NCBI GenBank assembly: GCA_028817875.1
Contig: JAPPOO010000076.1
Coordinates: forward strand, 12,041 to 76,040
Reading direction: 5' to 3'
DNA: 64,000 nt
Origin: Alphaproteobacteria bacterium
GTDB taxonomy: Bacteria; Pseudomonadota; Alphaproteobacteria; UBA2136; JAPPOO01
The translations under genes were made by a program, and so were the position numbers. Shown here piece by piece: positions 19,379 to 27,232 of the stretch. Within the stretch, counting starts at the first letter, position 1, and each line of letters opens with the position of its first letter. The notes beneath the pieces are model-generated. The model saw nothing but the letters and a program-made list of their open reading frames with translations, did not search any database and was not told where the DNA came from.

Positions 19379-19988
19379 CCTGAATAATAGGGTTGCTTTT
19401 ATGGCTCTGCTTAAGCCTTTCGAGAGCTTGATCATATAGTTGGTATGCTTCAAAACGCGAAGGAGCTGTACCAACAAGCTCACTGGAACGCTTTAGGGGG
19501 TTGTAAAGTTTAACTCTAAAACCGGCCGATGCGGTTCCTCGAACACCCCGTACCTGTAGCTTGAACATGCTAGCTTTAACTGGATGTTGAACGCGTAGAG
19601 CACACTTTCTAAAGTCTAGAGGTCCTCGTAGAAGCTCAATGTCTTGGTATTTGGCAGGTATTCTCGGATGTAGAATATCCCAAACTTGATGTAAAAGTAG
19701 GCGATTACTCTCTTGGACCATATGAATAATGCGCACTTCATCTCTAACCAAAGTTGCTTTCCATAGCCTCCTAGGTTTTTGACATGCAAGGGTAGGCTTA
19801 TCCTCTAGAATTTTCCTGATAGGTATTATGTCGTCTACCAAAAGGCAGTAAAAATTTCTACGAGCCCCCAAATTGTAAGCAAAACAAGTGCCTTGTAAAG
19901 CTCGGTATATACCGTGCGTACCATCAGGTCTTCGCACAAAGTGCGCACCATTTTCATCAAGTTGTATTAAATGAGATTTAACGTTCAT
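19314..19988 (-). CDS. hypothetical protein, paralog B (224 aa), unknown family
   Basis: ORF ending in …FNHQSPKWDELVKREGNL; central region aligns loosely with paralog A (YxLYDxxLxxLK pattern). Confidence 0.5.
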   Translation of the reverse strand: MNVKSHLIQLDENGAHFVRRPDGTHGIYRALQGTCFAYNLGARRNFYCLLVDDIIPIRKILEDKPTLACQKPRRLWKATLVRDEVRIIHMVQESNRLLLHQVWDILHPRIPAKYQDIELLRGPLDFRKCALRVQHPVKASMFKLQVRGVRGTASAGFRVKLYNPLKRSSELVGTAPSRFEAYQLYDQALERLKQSHKSNPIIQDMPFNHQSPKWDELVKREGNL

Positions 19989-20179
19989 AACGCAAACCTT
20001 TCTCGCCCAAATAGGCGGTTAAAACGGGCAAAAATGGATTGTTATGTATACTATATTGATAGGTATGTAAGCGTAAAGCAAAAAATAGGCATATAGCTTT
20101 ACAAGCACAGTATGACTGCCGTATAGGTATACAAAATTTTATCTTAATTCCGTTTATCAACTACATTGGAGTCAGAATT

Positions 20180-20710
20180 ATGCAACTTTTTTTCATAGCA
20201 GATGCAGATCCTAAAATAGTGGAGCAAATAAAAACGCTTTCAGTGCAAGTGTCTGCACAAGATATGAAGAGACTTAAGTTTAAACTTCCAAGTACGCTAG
20301 GTTGTTGTCTTGCTTCAATCAATAAATACAGTGCTCGAATTTCAGGAGATGTAAGTAGGAGCATAAGCGCAGTTGTTTTTGGCAACTTTACTCTGCTATC
20401 CGGTAGGTTTGACCTTAACCAATTTTGCAGTATGTTTGTTGCAATGTTTTTAGAGGCTAAGCCACAAGCAGTTAGAACTAAAATGGGCATGGGTGCTTCT
20501 GGTGCTAAGGGTAATACGTCTATTCCCCTTTGTTATTTAATAGCTATGTTGGTATACCCAGAGCAGTTAGAAACAGCTCAGGAAATTTTAGAGGTGTGGC
20601 TGACCAAGTTGGGCTTTACAGAAGTTGAAGGGCTTGAAATTGATTGGGCAACTCTAAATAAAGAAATTGCAGAAATGCGCCAAAACGCAGCAGCAATTAT
20701 AAGCGCATAA
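20180..20710 (+). CDS. hypothetical protein (176 aa)
   Basis: ORF in the accessory island; no motif recognised. Confidence 0.4.
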   Translation: MQLFFIADADPKIVEQIKTLSVQVSAQDMKRLKFKLPSTLGCCLASINKYSARISGDVSRSISAVVFGNFTLLSGRFDLNQFCSMFVAMFLEAKPQAVRTKMGMGASGAKGNTSIPLCYLIAMLVYPEQLETAQEILEVWLTKLGFTEVEGLEIDWATLNKEIAEMRQNAAAIISA

Positions 20711-20742
20711 TATTTTGCGCAAACAAACAACAAAAATGCCCG

Positions 20743-21234
20743 TTAACTACGGGCATTTTTGCATGACAGCAGGCCAAACCCTTCAAAAACCTGCTCGTAA
20801 ATGGGGCGGCGGAAGTCCGCACATTTTCCCAAAAGCTCTTGTGCAGGCATCCAACAGAAGCTGTGAAGTTCGTGGTGGGGGATTTTCTCAGATACAGGCA
20901 GCGCGCCATCGTAACTTAACAACACCCATTTTTGTTGTTGGCCGATGTGCCCACGTTCAGAAGGCAAACCGTTGGGGTAATCATACGCCAACCAACCACC
21001 CAGCATAGCTTGATAGCGAGTGGCCGCTTGCTCAATTCCTGTTTCTTCCCACAGTTCGCGGTAGGCGGCAGTGAGGACATCTTCATTTTCATCAATTCCA
21101 CCCTGTGGCATTTGAAACATTCCCGCAAATTTACCCGTACGCTTGGCAGAAAGGATTTGGCGCGCTTCATTCACCACGCACAAGCCCACGTTGGGGCGGT
21201 ATAAATCAGCCGAGTACGTTAAGTCTAAATTCAT
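20743..21234 (-). CDS. rppH: Nudix hydrolase, RNA pyrophosphohydrolase RppH-like (163 aa)
   Basis: Nudix box GGIDENEDVLTAAYRELWEETGI. Confidence 0.8.
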   Translation of the reverse strand: MNLDLTYSADLYRPNVGLCVVNEARQILSAKRTGKFAGMFQMPQGGIDENEDVLTAAYRELWEETGIEQAATRYQAMLGGWLAYDYPNGLPSERGHIGQQQKWVLLSYDGALPVSEKIPHHELHSFCWMPAQELLGKCADFRRPIYEQVFEGFGLLSCKNARS

Positions 21235-21237
21235 GTT

Positions 21238-22194
21238 TTACGGCAGTACATTAGTAATCGGCACAAGCCGAATACCTTTTGCTTGCAAAGTTGGAATCCA
21301 TTTGCGCAAAGCTTCACGCGTTACCACGTGCGGGTGGCCAATAGCAATGGCAAAGCCCTGTTTACGGGCTTTTTTCTCTGTCTCTGCAAGGTACTCATCC
21401 ACTTTGTCAGCATCAATATAATGGTCTAAAAAGATATCTCGCTTAATAATGGGGAATTTATACTGGTACTTTAGCTTTTGAGACGCTGGCGTTGTAGTTG
21501 TAACGCTATCCAAAAAGAAGAGGCGCTCCTTACGCAAAATATCAAAAAGCTGCGCCATGCCGTCTTTATAAGATGTAAACGCGCTGCCCATATGGTTATT
21601 TACCCCAACGGAAATATGCTTTAAGCGGGCAATATTTTTAGCGATTTTAACGCGTATATCAGTCAAATCATCTTCTACAAACAAAGCGTTAGGGCCGGGG
21701 TCAACATTTGGGTTTTGAGGCTGCATGGGCAGGTGAATCATAATTTCATGCCCTTTCATCCGTGCAAGTTGCGCCATTTCTAACGTTGTGCGCCCGTAGG
21801 GCAAAAAGGCCATGGTCACTTCTTTCGGCATGGCATCAAGCATGTTTTGGGAAAGCTCCGTCGCAACGCCCATGTCGTCAATCACAATAGCAATACGCGG
21901 CGTACCAGCAGGTACGCTAACAGGTGTAGCGTTGGTAACGTAGCGCGGTGTGCGGGCGTTCATATCCAAAGAGCGACGCGGTGAGGTTGAGAACCAGTAT
22001 TGCTCAGGGTAGTGCGCCAAAACAGGTAGACGGTAGTGAATAACATGCTGCGCCACAGGCTGTAGGTGCTTGCGCCACGTGGGGAGCTGCCAAACCGCCA
22101 GCACTAAAAACAGAATAAGCGTTGCACTAACTGTGCACACCAGTGCCGCTACATCAAGCCAAGGGAGTTTATGCCAGTTTTCGGGTAAACGCAT
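21238..22194 (-). CDS. divergent polysaccharide deacetylase family protein (YibQ-like, 318 aa)
   Basis: N-terminal TM, then RIAIVIDDMG and …HMGS… motifs typical of PF04748. Confidence 0.7.
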   Translation of the reverse strand: MRLPENWHKLPWLDVAALVCTVSATLILFLVLAVWQLPTWRKHLQPVAQHVIHYRLPVLAHYPEQYWFSTSPRRSLDMNARTPRYVTNATPVSVPAGTPRIAIVIDDMGVATELSQNMLDAMPKEVTMAFLPYGRTTLEMAQLARMKGHEIMIHLPMQPQNPNVDPGPNALFVEDDLTDIRVKIAKNIARLKHISVGVNNHMGSAFTSYKDGMAQLFDILRKERLFFLDSVTTTTPASQKLKYQYKFPIIKRDIFLDHYIDADKVDEYLAETEKKARKQGFAIAIGHPHVVTREALRKWIPTLQAKGIRLVPITNVLP

Positions 22195-22351
22195 GGCACC
22201 CAGTCTCGGTGATTTAGGGCGGAAAGTCCACCGCGAATCTTTAACCCTTTACAATCAACAAATAAAAATGTATACGAATTTGGACTTATAACACAATAGA
22301 CTTATCACAGGCGTTTCTAACTTTTAACATTCTAACTTTTGGAGATTACCA

Positions 22352-23287
22352 ATGGGTAAAAAATCCCCCCTTATCTATCTAAAGAAAAGTATTATCCCTG
22401 CCTTTGGCGTAACAGAACCAGCCATAATGTCTGAGCTAGTCAGAAGGTTATACTTATCAAACCCAATGATGAGTAAAGATCAAAGCAAAGCATTTGCTGA
22501 TCCATTCATACAATACCCATTGTTTAGTCTGGCTTGTGCAGACTACCATCCATTTATGGAAAAAGAATCTGAAAGATCGAGGCAGTCGCAAATAGTGTGC
22601 TCCTTCGGAAGAAGCCATTGTGTGGCAGGAAGCATCAAAACCAGTAACGAAGATCGCATAGGTAAAGATATACCTATAAAAGTGACAACATCAGATATAA
22701 GAGACTGGATCACCTTTTTAAGTAAAAGCTTGGGAGCTTACGAAACACTTGTGAATGATACTATTACAGAAGAAGATAGTGACTTGCTCAAGTATTCAGG
22801 AAAATCTCTCATCAGTTTTGGTTCTATTGGGCTTGTAACATCAGTGCCAAAGAAGGTAGAGACTAACTCCTTAATGGCGCAAAGGCGGCATAGTTTGTGG
22901 GCAATGCGTGTATGGGTTAGTGGGCTTAGCTCGACAGGAATGGAGAGACTGGCTAAGAAGGTACAAAACAAAATAAGGAATGCAGAAGAAGGAGTAGATG
23001 CTCTTTGCATTTCAGAACAAGGATGTTTTAGTAACTACCTAACCATATTCTTCAGTAAAAAAGATACTTCTGACCGGCCTAAAAAACCTGAAGCAGATTT
23101 TGACCCTATTGATAGTATGCTCGAATCGCTAGTTACCGAAGTGAAAAAGCCAATTCAGCAGTCCGAGGCAGATACTTACAATATGGCTAACGCCATCCGT
23201 AGGATATGTGAGGAAAGCTTCACAACTATTGGGGCTGTCGGTAACATTGAAATCCTTGCGGATTATGAAATAACACCTTCTTCCTAA
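22352..23287 (+). CDS. hypothetical soluble protein (311 aa)
   Basis: ORF with its own promoter region containing a 10-nt direct repeat; no family recognised. Confidence 0.45.
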   Translation: MGKKSPLIYLKKSIIPAFGVTEPAIMSELVRRLYLSNPMMSKDQSKAFADPFIQYPLFSLACADYHPFMEKESERSRQSQIVCSFGRSHCVAGSIKTSNEDRIGKDIPIKVTTSDIRDWITFLSKSLGAYETLVNDTITEEDSDLLKYSGKSLISFGSIGLVTSVPKKVETNSLMAQRRHSLWAMRVWVSGLSSTGMERLAKKVQNKIRNAEEGVDALCISEQGCFSNYLTIFFSKKDTSDRPKKPEADFDPIDSMLESLVTEVKKPIQQSEADTYNMANAIRRICEESFTTIGAVGNIEILADYEITPSS

Positions 23288-23432
23288 CCCAACCCAAAAA
23301 CTCAAAAGGCTCCTAGGTGAAAACCTCGGAGTCTTTTGTTGTGGGATATTTGCTAAACAAGGAGAGATAAAGTATACATAAAGTAATTCTGATAGAAACA
23401 ACTTATGTTTCCCTTTTTTATGGAGATTCACT

Positions 23433-24161
23433 ATGTACTTTTCTACTATACGCATTTGCGTTTGTATGATTGTGGTGAGCATAGTGTTCTCATCACAAGT
23501 TACAATCAGAAAAGCATATGCACAAAACAAGGACAAAGCCCAAAAGCTACAAGCACTGTATAAAATCTTGCCCCCAAAAGCGGCAAAAATAGCAAGACAG
23601 TTAATGACAAGCAGCCAAAACAAAAAGTCTGGCTTCATAAAGACCTACCACGAAATCCCTCCCATTAGACAGCATGCTGAATTTTGTCAAAGAAACCCGC
23701 AAGAGTGCCGACTTGCTAACGGTAATGGTAGGATGAAGCTTACAAAAATTCGTTGGCGGCAGTTGGTGAGCATCAATAAATGGGTGAACAAAAACATTAT
23801 CTATACACCCGAAAAAGGTGATGTTTGGGGTTACCCAAAAAGAGTCTACTACTATCACAGAGGAAAGTTCAGATTCAAGTATAAGGGTGACTGCGAGGAA
23901 TACGTAATCCTTAAACGTCACAAGCTTATTAAAAAAGGCTGGCCAGCAAGTAGTTTGCTTATAACAGTTGTCTGGGATGAAAACGGTGAAGGGCACGCTG
24001 TGCTAACAGCACGCACAGCCCAAGGCGATTATGTTTTAGACAATAAAAGCAGCAAAGTAAAAAAATGGAACAAAGTACCTTATAAGTTCCGTAAAATGCA
24101 GTCTCACAGAAACCCAAGACAGTGGGTGTCGTTACGCCCTAGGCTAAAGGTGGGTATGTAA
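23433..24161 (+). CDS. periplasmic transglutaminase-like cysteine peptidase (BTLCP, Peptidase_C93-like, 242 aa)
   Basis: Signal peptide plus candidate Cys/His/Asp triad in BTLCP-like context (…KGDCEEYVILK…, …GEGHAVL…, …YVLDNK…). Confidence 0.65.
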   Translation: MYFSTIRICVCMIVVSIVFSSQVTIRKAYAQNKDKAQKLQALYKILPPKAAKIARQLMTSSQNKKSGFIKTYHEIPPIRQHAEFCQRNPQECRLANGNGRMKLTKIRWRQLVSINKWVNKNIIYTPEKGDVWGYPKRVYYYHRGKFRFKYKGDCEEYVILKRHKLIKKGWPASSLLITVVWDENGEGHAVLTARTAQGDYVLDNKSSKVKKWNKVPYKFRKMQSHRNPRQWVSLRPRLKVGM

Positions 24162-24183
24162 CTCAGCAAACGAAATCAAAAAA

Positions 24184-24215
24184 CAGCCCCTTTGTGGGGC
24201 TGTTTTGCTGTTTTT
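24184..24215. terminator. bidirectional terminator (cagcccctttgtggggctg + T-tract; A-run on the other side)
   Basis: Lies between convergent genes 23433..24161 (+) and 24225..24968 (-). Confidence 0.6.
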
Positions 24216-24224
24216 AGGTAAAGC

Positions 24225-24968
24225 TTAGCTTTCCTCTTCGCGGATAACCAATGTGATGCTATCAATTTGAATGAGGCTGATAGTATCATGCGTAAAGGCA
24301 CCGTCTGTCTTCAAATTCCAACCAAGGTCCAAACGTGCAAGGGCTGTATCTGTTTTTAGTGTATCCTTAGCAGTAGAGTTTGTGGAAGCAATCGGCATTT
24401 GCTTACTTTTACCCACATTCTCAGTTTTAATTGTCGCGCCGGATTTGTTCAACAGCTCCGCTTGGTAGCTTACATTTGCAATTTCATCGCTATCCCAGTC
24501 AGTTGTTACTGTCCAGCCTTCTACAGTTGCCGTAACAGAAACATCTTTTGGCTGTTCACCGTTGGCACCAATTTCTTTTATTTCTACCTGAAAATGGACG
24601 TTGTCTTGGCTGAATTGCGCATTCATAATGCGAGTAAGGGTGTTAACCGTCGCACCAGCAATACCTTGCCCTGCTGTAAGGCCACCCGCCGTAAAACCAG
24701 TACCTAATGCCATAATACCACCGTGCGTAACAGAGTTAATAAGGGAGGTAATTTCGTCTAGTTCAGCCCCTTTGGAAACAGCCATGGCCGCTTCAAGCTT
24801 AAAAACAACGGTAATTTCTTTAGCAGGTGAGTTGTTAGGTGAAACCGTCACGCGGTCTCCTACACGGTCAGCAACAACATTAATGTCATCCCCCGTGCGG
24901 ATATCACTCACAAAACCGCGGATAAGAGATAAGTTTTGCGTAATGACATCGTTTTTTGAAATCTTCAT
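24225..24968 (-). CDS. hypothetical protein (247 aa), last gene of the cyclase operon
   Basis: ORF 89 bp downstream of the cyclase gene on the same strand, ending at a terminator; Gly/Thr-rich beta-type sequence, no signal peptide, no motif recognised. Confidence 0.45.
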   Translation of the reverse strand: MKISKNDVITQNLSLIRGFVSDIRTGDDINVVADRVGDRVTVSPNNSPAKEITVVFKLEAAMAVSKGAELDEITSLINSVTHGGIMALGTGFTAGGLTAGQGIAGATVNTLTRIMNAQFSQDNVHFQVEIKEIGANGEQPKDVSVTATVEGWTVTTDWDSDEIANVSYQAELLNKSGATIKTENVGKSKQMPIASTNSTAKDTLKTDTALARLDLGWNLKTDGAFTHDTISLIQIDSITLVIREEES

Positions 24969-25057
24969 GAAATATATTCTCCCATTGTTAATATTCTTGC
25001 GCGGGAGGGTAACACGTACCCGTTAAACGGGTACATATTTTTACAAGTATGGGGAAA

Positions 25058-27199
25058 TTATTTACTGCGTCGTTCCCACGCGCCGCGCCAGTTTTCAGGC
25101 GGTGGGTTTTTGCGGTAGTCAGCAATACGTTTACGGTAAAGTTCTGCAAGTAAATCATGGCTTTTTGTTTGATTAAAGGCCTCTTCAGCTTCATCCCACT
25201 GGCGGTTACGGTAGGCTTCCACCGCTTGGGTTATCAGTTCAACTTCCTGCCGCTCCTCAGGGGTTGGTTCGTCCATAGTGACCAACTCAAATACATCCAC
25301 TGGTTCGGTTTTACCTTTAACAATAACCTTGTCTAGCGGCAGAAAGGTTCCGTCTGGCACCAAGGCTTTAACATACTCTGACACAGCCACCTGCACACCA
25401 TATGGTTTACATAGCCCTTCCAAACGGGAGGACAAATTCACCGCATCGCCCATAACCGTATAATCAAACCGCTGTTCTGAGCCCATGTTCCCCACTGTTG
25501 CTAGCCCTGTGTGTAGGCCAATACCAATACGGATGGCAGGCATACTGCGCGCTGCCCACATAGTATTTAACTCTGCCAGACACTCCAACATAGCTAGAAC
25601 AGCAATACAGGCCTGACGCGGGTGATGAGGGACGTCTAAGGGCGCATTCCAGAACGCCATAATGGCATCGCCCATGTATTTATCGATTGTTCCGTTATGT
25701 TGAAGGATAATATCCGTCATTGGCGTAAGGTATTCATTAATAAAAGCCGTCAGCTCTTGCGGCGTAAAGCCTTCTGACAAAGTCGTAAAACTACGGATAT
25801 CACAAAATAAAATTGTCAATTCCCGTTGCTCTCCACCTAGCTGAAGTTGCTCGGGGTTTTTAGAAACAAGGCGCACCATATCAGGGGACAAATAATGGGA
25901 AAAAGCACCACGAACGGCCTTACGCTCTCGCTCCTCTTTGGCATATTTCAAAACAGTTTCCATCGCAAAAACAACCAGCAAAATACCAACGGGGATGAAG
26001 GCATCCGCTAAAAAGCCTTGTTGAAAAGCAAAAGCCCCAGCTGCTGGCATCGTTATAAAAATAATAGCCGCTAAAACAGACGTAAGGCTGGCACTTAAAA
26101 AGGCAACGGCAAGGAGCAAAATAGCCCCTAAAACAAGCGTAGCTCCATGTTCAGCCCACGGTAACCATTCAGGGCGTTGCAGAAAACGATTCTCCAAAAT
26201 ATTTTCAATAATCTGAACATGAATATCCACCCCAGGCACTTTGGCCTGCAAAGGCGTAGCCCGTAAATCCAACAGACCCTCTGCCGATGTACCCACAATC
26301 GCCATTTTGCCCTGCATTTTTTCAGGGGGAACTTTGCCCGTCAAAACATCAGCTGCTGAAACGTAGTTAAGTTTTGTATGCTTGCGGAAATGTACCCAAT
26401 AGCTTCCATCAGCCTCCGTAGGGACGGTGTATTCACCAAATGACAAACCAATCATGTTGCCAAAGTTATCTCTTACAGGTTTTAAAGTTGGGGTACGGCT
26501 ATGGGCACGAAGAAGCTTAATAGCCAACGGTGCAAAAACGGCATCTTGATAGCGAATAAGCAACGGCAAACGGCGGACAATATTATCCTGATCAGGGATA
26601 TATCCAAACCAGCCAAGGGCAGGGGCGTTATCTTCTAATTCTGGTAGGTTACGAACAAGAGCATTCACACGGGGGACACCCAAACTAAGTAAGTCAGCTC
26701 CCGTTACATCGCTAAACAGGTCAAAGTCATTCTCAGGCTGGAGGTGGGGAGCATTATCCAAAGCGTACCCAAGTACAACGGGTTTACCTGCAAGAGCCTC
26801 AGTAAACTGTTCATCGTGACGGGGCAAGTGCGCTAGTTTAGCCTTATCTTCATCAGGTAATGGCCAGTGTTCGGCAGCCAACTCGGGGGATGTTCGGTCA
26901 GGTTCAGCAAAAACCGCATCAAAAGCAAGAGCAGTAACGCCTTGGTTGAAAATTTGCTCCACCAACTCTGCCATAACGGTACGGGGCCAAGGCCATTGGC
27001 CAAGCGTGTGTAAGCTTTTTTCATCAATATTGATAACAGTCACAGGAACATCTTGCGGCACATCCCGCGGCCATAAGTTTTGGTAGGTATCAAACGTTTT
27101 GAGCTGAACAACCTGTAAAACGGTTGGCTGCATATGCCACACCACCACCAAGGCCAGTAATATGGCCCACGGTAGGAGTTTAGTAAAAAAGCGGAGCAT
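25058..27199 (-). CDS. CHASE2 sensor domain-containing class III adenylate/guanylate cyclase (713 aa)
   Basis: N-terminal TM plus periplasmic CHASE2-like region, 3 further TMs, then CYTH-unrelated class III cyclase catalytic motifs (…LTILFCDIRSFTTLSE…, …KYMGDAIMAFWNAP…, …IGIGLHTGLATVGNMGS…). Confidence 0.85.
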   Translation of the reverse strand: MLRFFTKLLPWAILLALVVVWHMQPTVLQVVQLKTFDTYQNLWPRDVPQDVPVTVINIDEKSLHTLGQWPWPRTVMAELVEQIFNQGVTALAFDAVFAEPDRTSPELAAEHWPLPDEDKAKLAHLPRHDEQFTEALAGKPVVLGYALDNAPHLQPENDFDLFSDVTGADLLSLGVPRVNALVRNLPELEDNAPALGWFGYIPDQDNIVRRLPLLIRYQDAVFAPLAIKLLRAHSRTPTLKPVRDNFGNMIGLSFGEYTVPTEADGSYWVHFRKHTKLNYVSAADVLTGKVPPEKMQGKMAIVGTSAEGLLDLRATPLQAKVPGVDIHVQIIENILENRFLQRPEWLPWAEHGATLVLGAILLLAVAFLSASLTSVLAAIIFITMPAAGAFAFQQGFLADAFIPVGILLVVFAMETVLKYAKEERERKAVRGAFSHYLSPDMVRLVSKNPEQLQLGGEQRELTILFCDIRSFTTLSEGFTPQELTAFINEYLTPMTDIILQHNGTIDKYMGDAIMAFWNAPLDVPHHPRQACIAVLAMLECLAELNTMWAARSMPAIRIGIGLHTGLATVGNMGSEQRFDYTVMGDAVNLSSRLEGLCKPYGVQVAVSEYVKALVPDGTFLPLDKVIVKGKTEPVDVFELVTMDEPTPEERQEVELITQAVEAYRNRQWDEAEEAFNQTKSHDLLAELYRKRIADYRKNPPPENWRGAWERRSK

Positions 27200-27232
27200 T
27201 CAGCCTCTTATTATTGTTTTTACGATAAAAAT

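Noticed and set aside
24271-25026. Plus-strand ORFs 24271..24468, 24399..24707 and 24601..25026 antisense to the 247-aa gene
   Set aside because: They overlap a better-supported gene completely, and have no RBS or motif.
25016-25034. Terminator between the cyclase gene and the 247-aa gene
   Set aside because: The hairpin gtacccgttaaacgggtac is followed by a T-run only on the plus strand, and both flanking genes are on the minus strand. It is therefore not an intrinsic terminator for the operon and is kept only as a possible regulatory hairpin.
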